From assembly GCA_013265495.1 (NCBI GenBank), contig MU063252.1, positions 930,001-994,000 of the forward strand: DNA of 64,000 nucleotides, written 5' to 3'. The translations under genes and the position numbers were made by a program. A model generated the notes under the pieces. That model worked only from the letters and a program-made list of their open reading frames with translations. It was not told the origin of the DNA and did no database searches. This DNA is from Vicugna vicugna (lineage: Eukaryota). Positions 49,621 through 63,905 of the stretch are shown in pieces (position 1 is the first letter of the stretch; each line of letters opens with the position of its first letter).

Positions 49621-52429
49621 AGCACATCATTGTGTTCTCTGGAGCTGCCATCATGACGTTCTGGAACAAAACCACACTTGGCTAACATTTTTGGCATTGA
49701 AGGAATATAATTATATGAAAAACATTTGCCTTTTTATTTTAAGTGAAATATAGCTCAGAATGCCTGACTTTGAACTGAATTTGTCTTTGGAAAAACAAAC
49801 GACGAGAAACCCAAATTTCAGTAATGTTATAGGTCATCTTGAGCCTCAGCATAGTAGGCATTTCCAGTAGGTGTGCTTTTTTGGTTGCAATTTCTTTCCA
49901 TTGATGGTTGGTTTTTGTTGAGATCTACGGCTACCTGTTAAAGATGAGAGTGATGGAGATCTATCTAAACCCTAGTAGGTTGCTATAAAATCCTGTTGGA
50001 AATTTAATGTGTTTGGTTTGGTGATACTAATCATTAATTTTTGAAAATAAGAAATATGTAATGAACGTATGCTAAGAATAGTGTTTGGGAGTACTTCCTA
50101 TTCTGGAGTATTATTTTGCATTTGTTGGCTTTGTTTGAATCTAATGCTTTCCTTTTCAATTTAAGTGGTGAGGACATTTTTTGATTCATAGGTTAGTACG
50201 AATAGCTTATGTATTACATAACTGGATGGTGGGAATTATCAGTGTTTAAACTTTGTGCACTTCTCTATACTTTTGAAGTTTTTTCCCAAAGACTTTGTAT
50301 TTTACAGCCTGAAAAAGATATACTTTTGAATGCAAAATAAAAGTCATACCATCTATATAAGAGCAAGATTATTCAGATGTGTTGATCTGTCTTTTTAACC
50401 TTCCTATTTCTTTGGTTTTGATATATAGTAGTGCAGGAACCTCTGCCATCAGACGAAATCTACTCGTGAGAAATACCCCTATCATGATGTGTTTAGTGCA
50501 TGTGTGAGGTTGCTACTTTCTCAGTCATTGTGGACAAGCCCTTTTGTTTTACCGTGAAACTAGCTATGGCGTGGTATGAGTACACACAAAGTCCCAATAG
50601 CAGGATGGTTGTTACCATAACCTTCTAATCATTATCTTAACAATTGTGCGGTGTAAGGGATATGTTTCTGAGCCTCTAGTAATTGTTACTATACCCTTAA
50701 AAGATCAAAGAAACACGTTAGAAGATGCAAACATTTGGGCATATTCAAGTCATCATAAAAAATAAACTTTTCTTCCTTCTTGACTTCTTTCCATAATGAT
50801 TATTTTTTAGCAAAGCTGAAGTGCCAGATATAGTATAAAGTTGCAAATTAAAAAAAAACCCAACTAATATCCTGGAGGCGATAGTGGAAATCTAGGCTTT
50901 AAATAATTAAAATTCACAAATACTGTGTAGGAAAAGTTTTTAAAGAGTTTACTGGAAGAACCTTATATTTTTGATTCGTAGTAAAAAATAAAATGATTTT
51001 CTGAGAAAGTAAAAGCCAAGCCGAATCTCAGAAGAGTAATCATAAATTAGCGCCATAGAAAGATGATGCCAGGCACAACACGAAGAGGGAATTAAATATT
51101 AGAGACAGGGAGGCTTTAGGAAGTAATGCAAATGGCTAAGTAGAGATGATGGTGGCCTTTCCTAGGACAGTGGCAATGGGGTATTTATCCAGTGGGCACT
51201 ACCTGTTGAAGGCCAGTGCTTGTTCTAATTGGCCAGTTTGCATATCATACTGAGTATAACAACTTTAGCATGATTCTTGGGAGGAGGTGATGTGAAGAGA
51301 GGATGGAGAAATATTTAGGAGGAAGAGTCAAATGATGATGCTATAAGCGCAGTCACCAACCTGGGTATGTGCAAGGCACAGCTGATCCTAAGGAAAGAGT
51401 CATTAACTCTTTCTGAGGGTGTTACAAAGAAGACTTTCCAGAGAGTGTGGTGTCTGAGCCAGTTTTCCTTATGTGAAAAATGAGATGAAGGCTTTTCAGG
51501 GAAAAGAAACAGCAGGTGCCCTCTTTGCAGAGTAACAAGACTGAGTGTGATACTCAGAGACGTGCACGTCTGTGGGCTCTGCTAAACCGTACTGTACTCA
51601 AGAAGAAGGCATGGTAGAGATGTCACTGGAGAGCTGTTTTATCTTGTGCAACATTGGGGTAGATGAAAGTCATTGACGTTCACTCTGCTAATTATATTTA
51701 ATGCATTTTGTGTCTGATATGTACTGGTTGCTGAGCTGCTTTCACAAAGAGTGAATTGTCCATGGCATGTTTCGTGTCTGTTATTTTGAGGCTTAATGCA
51801 AAGTGAATGAAACAAGAGCGATCTGGCACTCCATTTATGGAGTGTTGCCTCATTTCTTTATATAGCTTTCTGTAATGGAGTTAAGCATTGCTGGATTAAA
51901 AAGGAGCCACAGAACCTCTCCAAAGAGAGAATAGCCTAGAGAAAATTAGGTTGCTCTGACAAATTAACTCTACCTTACTTATACAATGGTAGTGTACAGA
52001 TTTGCATGCCTTCTGTTGATTATATTATTAGAAAGCTTGATGATTCCAGGGCCACGTACGAAGATGACCAAAAATATGATATGTGAAACCAATGAAGAAT
52101 GGAGAGGGGGATAATTTGGCTCATGCTATTTATTCTGAATTGGTGTCAGGGCCAGATAAAGGGTGCTTAGCTCTTTCTCTACTAACTGCATCCTTCAGGT
52201 CTCTGTGTTTTGCACGGAAACCACAAACTTGGTCCTATTTTTTATTTAGAAACCTGGACAATTTATCTCCCCTGCTGTAAAGTTAATTAAAAACTACTTA
52301 TTTAAATTTGTTTTAATGCCTGTCTACTGGCTAAAGTGACAACTTGAAGGGAGAGATGTTGCCTTGGGAGGTAGGAAGTCTGGTATTCTTTGGGGCACAA
52401 TAGTGCAGTCGTCAAGGATTCTACGTTTT

Positions 52430-52780
52430 GGGTCAGAGAAACTGGATCCAAAGCCCAGCCTCCATCTCTCAAGCCTCATCTATAAAATGGGGACAACATT
52501 GCTACCCACGTCAATGTTAATTTACTTATCACCCCTCTCCCCATCCACAGTGCAAGCTTTAGGAGAACAGGGACATTGGCAATGTTTGTTACATGCCTAC
52601 AGCTTTGCTTGGCACACTACAGGTTCTTAACTATTTGTGGAATAAATGAATTAATAGGCAACCTACATAGCCGTGTAGTGTTTTGTGAGGGTTAAATAGG
52701 TTTATATATCTCTAAAGCTCTCAGCACAGTGCCTCTGACGGAGTAGGCATTTAGTAATAGGAAAAAAAGAATCTGTTTTT
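52430..52780 (+). mobile_element. MIR with a nested L2 3' end
   Basis: MIR core cctcatctataaaatggggacaac, then an L2 end (tttgcttggcacactacaggttcttaactatttgtggaataaatgaat), then the MIR resumes (tttgtgagggttaaatagg...ctcagcacagtgcct). Confidence 0.65.
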
Positions 52781-53369
52781 ATTTAATAGCCAGTATTAAA
52801 ACAATTTTTAATCTTAAAACAGCCTTTGAATATTTTTGTTCAAGCCTTTTTGTGCAGGTATGTTTCCATTGCTCTTGGATAAATGTGCATTCCTAAGTGG
52901 GGTTAAGTGGGTCTTGGTGTGGCTGCGTGGTTAACTTTACAAGAACCTGCCAAACTATGCTCCAAAGTGGTCATTTCATTTTACACTCCCACCAGCAGCG
53001 GATGAAGACTTGGATTGCTCTACATCCTTGCCAACCGCTGGTGTCATTCTTTATAAATTTAGCCACTCTGGTGGGGGTGTTGTGGTATCTCACTGTGGTT
53101 TGAATTTGCATTTTCTCTGGTGACTAATGCTGTGGAGCAATTTTTTTCATATGCTTATTGACTAGTTTGCATATCTTCCTTTGTGAAGTGTCTGTTTTAG
53201 TCTCTTGTTCATTGTTAATTGGGTTGTTTGTCATTTTATTGAGTTGCGGCAGTTACGTACACATTCTGGTTACAGCCTCTACCAAGTTACACATACATCC
53301 ATATGTGAATGTGTATGTATTTTTTTTTCTCCTAGTCTGTGACTTGCCTGTTCATTTTCATAGCAACCT

Positions 53370-53760
53370 TTTATTTTTCCTCTCAGTAGTTTTATTTCAA
53401 AATAATTTTAGATTTACAGAGGAGTTTCAAAGATAGTACGGAGAGTTCCCAAATACTCTTCCTCTAGCTTCCTGTAATGTTAACATCTTACATAACATTT
53501 CTCAAAACTAAGAAATTAACATTGGTACAGTACTGTTAAATAATCTGCACACTTTATTCAGATTTCCCCAATTTTTCCACTAATGTCTTTTTTTCTGGTC
53601 CAGAATGCAGTTCAGGGCACCCCGTTACATTTCATTTTCATGTCTACTTAGTTTTCTACAATCTGTGATCGTTTCCGGGGCTTTCTTTGTCTTTCAGGAC
53701 CTCGGAAGTTTTTTAAAGTCTGGTTATTTATTTTTATGAATACGCCTCAGCTTGGACTTA
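53370..53760 (-). mobile_element. L1MB/L1MC-type 3' end nested in the older L1
   Basis: ttttatttcaaaataattttagatttacagaggagtttcaaagatagtacggagagttccc...aatgttaacatcttacataac...aagaaattaacattggtacag. Confidence 0.7.
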
Positions 53761-54170
53761 ACAACTTTTCGATGAGCAGAAATTGTACATTTTTGGAGTT
53801 CACCTTATTGACGTTTTCTTGTCCAATCAATGCTTCCTGTGTCCTGTTGAAACGGTCTTTGAGTATCCAGTGGTTGCAAAAATATTCTCCTTAGTTTTCT
53901 ACAAGGAGCTTTATAGTTGTTGCTTTTATGTTGAGTTAATTTTTCTCTATGAATTGAAGCAGGAAATCAAGGTTCTTTTTTAATGGATAACAAGTTTTCC
54001 AACATTATTTGTTGAAAAAAATTGAATTGACCCTTTTCCATTGTATTGCTTTGGTGCCTTTGTCAAAAACTAAAATACATAAATGTGGGTCTCTTCCTGG
54101 ATTCCGGTTTGTTCCATTGCTCTGTTTGTCTCATGTGGGTATCACCACTGTGATTGTTGTGGCTTTAGAT

Positions 54171-54374
54171 CAGGGGTTGATCAACTTTTTCTAAATGAGG
54201 CAAATAGTATTTTGGGTTTGCAGTCCAGGTCTTTCTTAAAATTATTTACGTCTGTTGTAGAGGGACGGTAGCCATGGATAAATATTTAAGTGCGAGGCTG
54301 TTGCTGAGTTCCACTGAAACTTTATTTACAAAAACAAGCAGCCAGCCTGTGGGCAATAGTTTTTTCCATCCTTG
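54171..54374. mobile_element. Full-length MER58A nested in L1
   Basis: Termini caggggttgatcaac and ccatccttg. 8-bp hAT-type TSD ctttagat (54163-54170) and ctttagag (54375-54382). Confidence 0.85.
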
Positions 54375-54759
54375 CTTTAGAGTAGGGCTTGAAATCAGAT
54401 CATGCAAGTCCTCTGACTTGGTTCTTCTTTTTCTTAATTGTTTTGGTTTTTTCTAGGTCCTCTGCAAGTTCATATAAATTGTGGAATAAGGTTACTAACT
54501 TCTGGAAAAAAAAAACCTGCTGAAAGATTTATTTTGATTGCATTGAATTTATATATCAATTTGGGGAAAATTGATAATACTGTTTTCCAATCCACGAGCA
54601 TGACTTAATTCTTCATTTATTTTGGTCTTCTCTGATTTATCTCATGAAGGGTTGTGTAGAGGTATTACACGTGGTTTGTTAAAATGGTCACTAAACATTT
54701 TGTGTTTCTGATATTTTTATAGATGATATAACTATTTTCCAGTTGTGTTGTTGTTTTTT

Positions 54760-54856
54760 CAGTTTTAATTTTTTAATTGAAGTATGGTTGATTTATAATG
54801 TTTCAGGTATACGGCAAAGTGTTTCAGTTATACACGTGTATGTATGTGTGTATATA

Positions 54857-54899
<43 letters not shown>

Positions 54900-55546
54900 T
54901 CAGATTCTTTTCCATTATAGATTTTACAAGATATTGAATATAGTTCCCTGTGCTATACAGTAGGTACTTCTTGTTTATCTAGTTTATATATAGTAGTGTG
55001 TATCTGTTAATTCCAACTTCCAAATTTGTCTTTTCCCTCCCTTCCCCCTTCATATCAAAAGTTTGTTTTCTATGTCTATGAGTCTCTTTCTGTTTTGTAA
55101 ATAAGTTCATTTGTATCACTTTTTAGATTCCACATAGAGTGATATCATGTGATAATTTGTCTTTTTCTGTCTGACTTACTTCACTTAGTATGATAATCTC
55201 TAGGTTCATCCATGTTGCTGCAAATGGTATTTCATTCTTTTGTATAGCTGAGTAATATTCCATTTTCTTTACCCATTCATCTGTTGATGGACATTTAGGT
55301 TGCTTCCATGTCTGGCTATTGTAGGCAGTGCTACTACAAACATTGGGGTGCATTATTTTTTTGAGTTCGAGTTTTCTCTGGATATATGCCCAGAAGTGGG
55401 ATTGCCAGATTATATGGTAAATCTGTTTTTAGTTTTTTAAGGAACCTCCATACTGTTCTTCATAGTGGCTGCATCAATTTACACCCCTCACCAACAATGT
55501 AGGAGGGCTCCCTTTTCTCCACAGCCTCTCCAGCATTTATTATTTG
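54760..55546 (-). mobile_element. Younger L1 3' end nested in the old L1
   Basis: ttttaattgaagtatggttgatttataatg...ttccattatagattttacaagatattgaatatagttccctgtgctatacagtagg. The ORF 55123-55353 (TWKQPKCPSTDEWVKKM...AATWMNLEIIILSEVSQTEKDK) is the L1 ORF2p C-terminus. Confidence 0.92.
54835..54894. repeat. (TG)n(TA)n microsatellite inside the L1 3'UTR
   Basis: Seen directly. Confidence 0.95.
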
Positions 55547-55711
55547 NNNNNNNNNNNNNNNNNNNNNNNNNNNNNNNNNNNNNNNNNNNNNNNNNNNNNN
55601 NNNNNNNNNNNNNNNNNNNNNNNNNNNNNNNNNNNNNNNNNNNNNNNNNNNNNNNNNNNNNNNNNNNNNNNNNNNNNNNNNNNNNNNNNNNNNNNNNNNN
55701 NNNNNNNNNNN
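55547..55711. other. Sequence gap (165 N)
   Basis: Run of N at the junction of the young and old L1. Confidence 0.99.
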
Positions 55712-58700
55712 ATACCATTGCTAACTTTGCCTTCTGTGAGTTTCCTAAATTCCCTTATCAAACTTAGTACTTTTTTTGTGGGTTCTTTAGGATTTCCTAT
55801 GCACATAATCATGTCATCTGTGAATAAGGACAGTTTTATGCCTTCCTTTTTAATCTTTATGATTTTATATACATTTAACTTAGTCATTACAGTGGTTTCC
55901 ATTTCCAATATAATATTTGATATGAGTAGAAGTGATGATAGCAGAGACCCTAGCTTTATTTTCTGATCTTAGGAAAAAATAAGTAGGTTTTTGAATATTA
56001 AATATGATATTATCTGCAGATTTTTCAGAGACATCTTTTATTGGAGGAAGAAAGTCCCCTTCTGTTTTTAATTGCTGTGGGGTTTTTTTAATCATAAATT
56101 GGTACTGAGTTTTGCAGCATGCTTTTTCTAAACCTATTGATATAATCATTTTTCTTGTCTATTTTGTTAATGAATGGAAGAAATATATGGATTAATTTTA
56201 AAATATTAAAGAATGTTGACATGCTCAGGATAAACTCCATTCGATCATGCTGTATTACCCTTTTAATATACTACTAGAATTTATTTGCTAATATTTTGGT
56301 AAAGATTTTTGTGTCTATGTTCATGTGGACTATAGGTATATACTTTTATTTTCTTGTAATATCCTTTACTGGTATCTTGGTATCAGAGTTATGCTAGCTT
56401 CCAGATAAGACTTGTGAGTATTGAGTCTTCACCTACTTTTCTGAAGTTGTTTGCTTGAAATTAATGACACTTCTTTAAATCTGATAGAAATCACTAGTGA
56501 AACCATCAAGTGTTGTAGGGCCTCGTTATGCGTACAAATTTTCACTATGAATTATTTTTCTTTTATAGTTACTGAGTGATTTATATTTACTCTTTATTCT
56601 TGTGTCATTTTTGTGAGTTGTCCTTGTAAGTGAATTTGCTTCCCTTCAACTGATTTGGGGAATGTATTTACATCAAGTTGTCCTTAATAGTTCCTTATTT
56701 TTCTTTTAATGCCTTGAGGCTTTATAGTAATACTTCCTTTTGCATTCCAGAAATTGGTAGTTTGCATTCTCTCTCTTTTTTTCTCTCTTCTTCCCCCTCA
56801 TCAGTATGGCTAAGAGTTTATCAATTTCCTTAACATTTTCAAAGAATCCATCTAATGAATTTTTAACTATTTTCCATCTTATGGATTTCTTCTCTTACAC
56901 TTATTATTTTGTTCTTTACAGTTTGTGCTTGATTTACTCTTCTTTTGATAATCCCTTAAGGTAAATCTTAGATCATTCACTTTAAATGTTTTTTTTCCAA
57001 ATATAAGCATATAAAAGCTATGAATTTCCCTATAAAAACCACTTGGTATGCATCCTACAGATTTTGAAATGTTCTGGTTTTGGTTATCATTCAATTCAAA
57101 CTATTTTAGTATCTATTGTGTTTGCTTATGTAGTCCATGAGTTATTTAAAAGTATTTTAATTTCTTAATATTTTGTCATTTTTCAAGGTTTTCTTTAAAT
57201 GGTTGCTCTTATTGAAATCTAATTTGATTCTGTTGTCAGAGAATGTAATATATTATATATATGTACATATATGTATATTTTTGAATGCCCTGACATAGTT
57301 TATCTTGGTGAATATACCATGTGCACCACAAAAGTATATATTCTCTCTGGATATAGTGTTCTATAAATATTAATTAGGTTGTCTTGTTTATTCATTCACA
57401 TCTTCAGCATCCTTCTTGATTTTTTGTTCTCCTTTATCTATCAGCTGCTGAGAGAGGGCTGTTAAAATTTCCAACCATAGTTATGGATTAGTCTCTCTCT
57501 CCCTAAAGGGAGAAACCTGTCAGTTTTGCTTCATATATTTCAGAGTTCTGCAGTCAAATGCATACACAGCTCATGCTGTCTTTTTGATGAATTGATGCTT
57601 TTACCAGTGTGACATTCTCTCTTTACATTTAGTTACATTCCTTGTCTATAAGTCTAATTTGTCAGTTTTTAATTAGCTACTCTAGTTTTCCTTTTGGTAG
57701 TATTAGAATTGTATGTGTATATGTATATTTTTTTCCCATTATTTTACATCTCTCTATAGCTTTATATTCAAAATATGTCTCTTTATATTCAAAAATATGT
57801 ATGGACAGCATATAATTGAGTCCTTCTTTCTTATCTAGTTGAACAATCTCTGTATAAATGGAGCGTCTGGTCTATTTAATCTACATTCAATATAATTATT
57901 GAACTATTTGGGGGCATAAATCAACCATTTTGCTATTTCAGTTCCATTTATCCCATTTGCTTTTTTGTTCCTTTTTAAAAAATTCTTCCGGCCACATTTT
58001 AAATTTATGGAAGGTTTTTTTTCAGTTACATCCTTTCTTCTCTTTTTCAATTCCAGGACATCTAATTGATTTTTTTGTTAAATAATAATTTCTATATCTC
58101 TCCTGAGGTTTTTTTTTATTATTATATCCATCTTTTCTTTTGAATCAATGATAATAATTATAAAAGCTGTTTTAACGTCCTCATTGAAGAATACTAAATG
58201 CCACCATACTTCATGCCATCTCAAAAAAGAATGCTTGATCTTCATTTACTGAATATTTTCTCTCCTGTTTATCAGTCATTTTCCTATTCCCCCCAGTCTA
58301 GTAATTTTTAATGCATATTAAACTTTTTTAAAATGCTACATTACCAATAGTTTAGATTTTGTTTTCTTCATTTAAAATTTGTTGTGTTCAGATAGGTAGT
58401 TACTTCACTAGCGGGTCAGTTTGATGTTGGCTGGTTTTTAGCTGTTTTGTATTTTGGTGGGGGTGCTGGAGTAGCCTGACTCCTAAGGAAATTACTTCTT
58501 TGACTCTCAGCTGAATAGCTAGAGTTTTCCTCTGGAAGTCTTTATTCTCTGGCTCATCGAAAACCCAATGTCTGTAAATCCTGCCCTGGGGGATTCCCGC
58601 TTAGCTCACAGACCCTGGGCGCTTTTTCCTTCTTCCCCGACAGTCGCTCCCTGCTTCACGTGTGCTCCCGTCTGCTGCGTGCTTTGAACAGTGCTTCCAG

Positions 58701-59659
58701 GCAGGCTGTCTTGGTGCTGATGAACCTCACTTCCTGTGTTTCCTTTCTTCCAAGGAAGGCAGCCCTGTGCTGTCTGGTGTGCAGTACATGGACAGAGTTG
58801 CCTCATGCTTTATCTGGTTTTATAGTTGTTTAGAGCAGGTGGTAAAGGGAAGAGGAATACGAGGTATGGCAACTTAAGTCTAATCCCCATTCATCCTTAG
58901 CCAGAAGCAGAAGTTAGAATCGATTTTAATCTCATGTTGCTCATGTTCAAGGTAACTTTCAACTTGTAGATCATTCAGTTCATTCATTTGCACATACATG
59001 TATGCCTTCCATATGTATTGTAATAAACAACTTGTCTCTTTTTTTGGTGACTATATTAAATAATGAAAGTACTGATACCTTAAACAATCTGTATACACTT
59101 GTTTATCGTCATTTGCACTGGGATATATGTAAATCATTACCGTAGTGAAGTTCATTGTACCAAAAAGACAACTTTATTTTTTAACCTTATTTTATATTTT
59201 GATTTGACTCATGATTTCTCCATCAACCGTAGTGGAAGTTACATTTAGGTTTCCATAACATAATGGAAAAACAAATACTTTTTATAAATTATATAAAATA
59301 TTTTATATACTATATTTTATTTCTTCTAGTCAGACTTAGAGTAGCACCAGTGCTATTGCATTTTTAAATAACATGGTTATTTAAATGCCTGCATTTGTTT
59401 CTTGGAAGGTTATGTGTCCGTTTTTCAACAGTGGCTATTTCTAGGTGGTGTGTTATGGTTCATTATTTTCTCATTTTCTGTGGTCTCTAGTTTTTCTGTA
59501 ATTACTGTGGATTATTTTTAATAGAAAAACAAATCTGTTTTAATTTTGAGAAAAATAATCTTATCTAGAGACAAAATAAATTGAAATATTAATGTATGTA
59601 TATGAACAGCTACTTTGTACCTTATGCTTGTTGGGTATTTTGAATGGTTAACTTATTTG

Positions 59660-59820
59660 ACTCTCCCATAAATCCTTTCAGGTAGGTACTATGCTCACTA
59701 TTTTATTAGTAGGAAAAAAAAAAGAATCAGAGAGGTTTATATAACTTGTCCAAAGTCAAATCACGTAGCTGGGAAGGAGCAGAATCAGGGGTTACTACTG
59801 TTTTCTCTGAATCATTCAGC
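59660..59820 (-). mobile_element. MIR SINE
   Basis: caggtaggtactatgctcactattttattagtagg...tcagagaggtttatataacttgtccaaagtc. Confidence 0.75.
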
Positions 59821-62800
59821 TGTGCCCACATTGCCTCCCTGAAGGCAATTTTGTGTCCTCTTGTCAGTGGCCTATCAGCCTTGGAAATGGGAGAGTGGTG
59901 GGTGGTTGTCATCACGGATAACAGCCCTAACTGTTAGCTCTGCTTTCCTGCATGGGCCGTAGGTAGCATCGTTCTAGACGTCTCGTTAGGGATGGAAATG
60001 TGAAGTCTTCCTTGATTACAGGAAGTGCAACGTGAAGGTTTACAGCAGTGGAGCAGAGGAAGCATATGCAGCTTATTTGCTTCAGCGTACTTGAATCTTC
60101 CCAGTGCACTAGGGAAGGACGGCATAAGGGCAGGAAACTGTGAAATGCCTTGGCTGTGTGCTGCCAGCTCATGAGGGGGTCTCACTCTGTTTTAGAATGG
60201 CATGTTTCCATGTAGAGTGTGCCCCTGACTTTATTTCTGGTTCAGCTAATAATGTGGTTGAACTAACACAAGCAGAGGAGTCTTCCATTTGTGGCCACAG
60301 CTTTAATCATTGAGCTTTGAATACTGTTCAGCCTCTGGAGTATGAGGGACCACTATTTTGTGATGTTGACATTTAATTTCTCAAGGGGACTCTGATAGAG
60401 CAGAAATTCAGGGCGATTCAGGGTGATTCAGGACAACCATCTTTACATTTGTCTGTAGAAGAATAAACAGTAGAAACAGTCTTTAAAATGAGTGGGAAAG
60501 AAACTTAAAAAAAAGCTCTAATGGCATTAAACCATTCATTTGTTTTCATAGTATTCTTTATAAATCAACTTGCCCTTTCTTCTATAGTCTTTTATTATGG
60601 AATAATACTTGATATTTCTTTTCGTATTATTTTTATTTTTGATCAAACTCATAGGATTCAAACAACTGCGAATACTGTAAATAATAGGAACTTCTCATCA
60701 GCCTGTAAAGTAGGGCTTATTTCAGAAAGTGTCCCTATAATGTGTCAGTTGATCTAACATTTATTTAATCACACATAATAGAGTAATACTTGGAAAGTGA
60801 ATCTCAAAGTATTCAGAAAATGAGGATTATAATTTTAGAAGTAGCTGGATGTTAATTTGTGGTTTAATATCATGTGATTTGGCGCTTCAGCTAAAAAAGC
60901 AACAGTAACAACAGCAAACACTTTAAACTTCGAATATTTTGTAAGCCTATTAAAATGTTAAATGCCAAACTATAGAGAAGAGAGTGAGGAAGCTAGAATC
61001 AATGAAAAGGACTTTGTATAAACTAGTTTTCTAAATTTTCTCTACCCATATACATAACAGAGTTATACAAAAATTGGCAGTTTTCCTTTATTTTAACATC
61101 ATCCATTAAAATGTGATAGAAATATGCCTTGAAATATGCATAGCTATTTATGAAAAGAAAAACAAAACTGGATCTGAATAATTTTATTTTCTTGTTGTTG
61201 GAACCAATGTTATAAAGACACATTGATCTGAAAATACAATAGAATTTACATCAAAATCTCAGTGGGGTGAGAGTGAGGCGTTCTTCTCAAATAGTAAATT
61301 TCTGAATTAAGTAGATCAATGAAGCTTAGTCTATGAAAAGATGACATTTTGGATCAATGGGAAAAGGATGAAATATCTAAAATGATTAATGGCAATATGA
61401 TAAAACATGAAATTGGTAAAGTAGAAGATTTTTTTCTTACTCTTCTAGAATCAGGGGAGGGAAATCCACTTAGCACACAATGTTATTATCTATGATCTGT
61501 AGCACCTCATTTGTAACAATTAGGACAGAATATTAAAATGAGAAGGAGAGATATTAATGGCAAATTAATATGTGAAAAGTGTCTCAGTCTCAGCGATATT
61601 TAAAGGAATGATAAATTAAAGTAATAAAGAGATACCACCTTATTTTGGGGAGGTATTAAAAAATCATTAGTACTCTAAACAATTCAAAACACTGTTGCTG
61701 CTGGCTGTTTGACTGTATCTATCAAAATTAAATCTGCAACTTGATGCAGCGTTTACTGGGAATGTATATATTACGTGATGCAGCTGTCTTTGATTTAGGA
61801 ATCTACAATTTAGGAATATTAGCATTGATGCAAAAATACATGTTTGCAATGACATATTTTTCAACATTATTTTTAATACAAACAATATTAAAACCAGTGT
61901 AAAAGTACTCAGTGGGGGAATGAATGTATAAATTTCTGTAAACCAACACAAGAAAAGATTAGGTAGAAATAAAAAAAAATAAGGTGAATTTACATGTGCT
62001 CATTTGGGTAGCAATGAAGGAACGTCCCTCCTTCTTGACCTCCCCCTCTTCTTTCCCTGCTTTCTCCCCCACGCCTCCTTCCCCACTTCTTTTCTTGACT
62101 TCTTTCTTTAAATTATGGGGCCAACAGTTACATCTTTTTAAAAACCTATTTTCTTGTCATGGGTAAATTTGGTAAATATTGCTTTTATTTTGCAGTGCTG
62201 GCTTTATCTACCCTCAGAAAGCATTTCCCTTTAATGAAACAAAAAAAGGTTTACAAATGGGGGATGGTTTGATGTCGTGTGATACCATTAAGAACCGCAA
62301 TGAAATTTTAGTTTGAGGAGAAGTTATAAATAGGTGTTACTCTGACTGCTATTTGGAGATAGACCTAGAAGAAGTAACTTATTAGAAGTAACTTAGGATC
62401 AATATACATGTGAGAAAGCAAGAAACCTCTTGCCTTGAGAATATTTTAGAGAAAAAGTAATTCACCAGGAGGCAAATATATGTTTTATGTTCTGTCATCT
62501 CTTTATCAAAATTTAGTGTGAACCTGGTATGTGAGAAACTTAATATAAGGCCATGGGAACTCTGTTAGGTTACTCATTAATTTTAGATTCATGTTGCCTC
62601 TTTAATAAAATTGAGATACTTTTTTTACAGCCTCAAGTATGGAGTTTGGGCGGATCGTAGTAATTCTGCAAACTTACCTAGCACTTACCCTGTGCTGTGC
62701 GGTATCCTGAATGCTTAATGAATAGTATGTCAGGAGAGCCTCACGCTCGTTCTGCCAAGTAGAATTGCTCATCCTCATTTTATAATTCTTTGGAAGGGTT

Positions 62801-63689
62801 TAGGAGATACCTATGTAACTTACCCAAGCTCACACTGATAATGAACTGTAAACCATCTTTGTGAACCAAGTTTCTCGGGCTCTAAACATGAGCTCTCTAC
62901 CTGAACTCTCTATAAGTGTTTCCAGAGAAGATTTCTTTCAATGTTTTAATTTGAAGATCTGTGTTTGTTCTATCTCCCAAAATGCCTAGCCTAGTGCTGG
63001 ACATACATACAGTTTATGTTTTTAAAAGCTGCCTTTGAACATGGCATGTAGAATCCAAGACAATCTTAGATAATTTATTTGCGAAATTGATGAAGACTTT
63101 TAGCCAGAGGGAGTGCAGGTAGATGACTTAAATGGCTACACAACTGAACACATTTGCAGCGGAGATCATTGTACACCCCCAAACTACTGAAAGTATTGAT
63201 CTGTGGGGCAAATTTCATTTTTTCTAAAGTCTAGGAATCACCTTCCATGCTTAAAGCACAGACATTGGGTTTTCTGACCTACTGCAAAAAGCATTTTCCT
63301 ATCTCTTGCCCTGTAATCCATAATGTCAGACCCCTGGTACACTTTAGGGGCAACATTTGACTGATCTTAGAACTCACGTCTATGAAAACAGTTACGTCTC
63401 ACAAAGAGAAGCTTGTAATCTTTTAGTCATCAAATGGAGAGCTTTTCAATAAGCTCACCGCTAAGCATTTGGGGGTGGCTTTTTGTTTGTTTTGCATCTC
63501 AAAGGGTCATTCCTTGACGACATAAATCCTTCAATGCAGTTTGTTTAACTTGGTTTGGAGAAAAAAAACTTGTAAGACAACTTCAAGCATTGCCCAAGCC
63601 TGTGACCTGACACGTTGTTTTCTCAGTATAGCCTGAGTCAGTAATTTCACTTGGATGCTGTACCAGTGAGAATATCAGATGTTTTAGAC

Positions 63690-63905
63690 AAATTGCCTGG
63701 ATTTGAGTTCAGGTTCCCTCATTTCCTACCTATGTGACCTTGACCCATTTATTTTCCCTGTCTGTCCTTTGGTTTCATCATACGTAAGAATGGAAGGCGG
63801 TGATAATAATACTGACCTCGTAAGGTTGTTGTGAAGATTAAATTAGTTGAGATAACTATGGAAGTTGCCTGGCCCAGAATATGTGCTGCATAAATATTCC
63901 TTATT
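63690..63905 (+). mobile_element. Near full-length MIR SINE
   Basis: cctggatttgagttcaggttcc...tgtgaccttgacc...ataataatactgacctcgtaaggttgttgtgaagattaaattag...gcctggcccaga. Confidence 0.85.

Larger units (their letters stand above)
52830..58400 (-). mobile_element. Old antisense L1 (L1M-type) ORF2/3' region with nested insertions
   Basis: Minus-strand frames show L1 RT motifs IKLSLFTDDMIMCIGNPKEPTKK (55540-55908) and MIISIGLEKACCKTQYQFMIKK (55880-56149). L1 3'-region motifs lie at 52850-53350. Confidence 0.85.

Noticed and set aside
55123-56149. ORFs with RT-like motifs (FTDD, MIISIGLEKA, KQPKCPSTDEW)
   Set aside because: Decayed L1 ORF2 pieces with frameshifts and stops; not an active retroelement or a domesticated gene.
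60406-60432. (attcagggYg) x ~2.7 mini-repeat, plus similar short duplications at 40616-40645, 57761-57800 and 62370-62395
   Set aside because: Two to three short units without spacers; common neutral micro-duplications.
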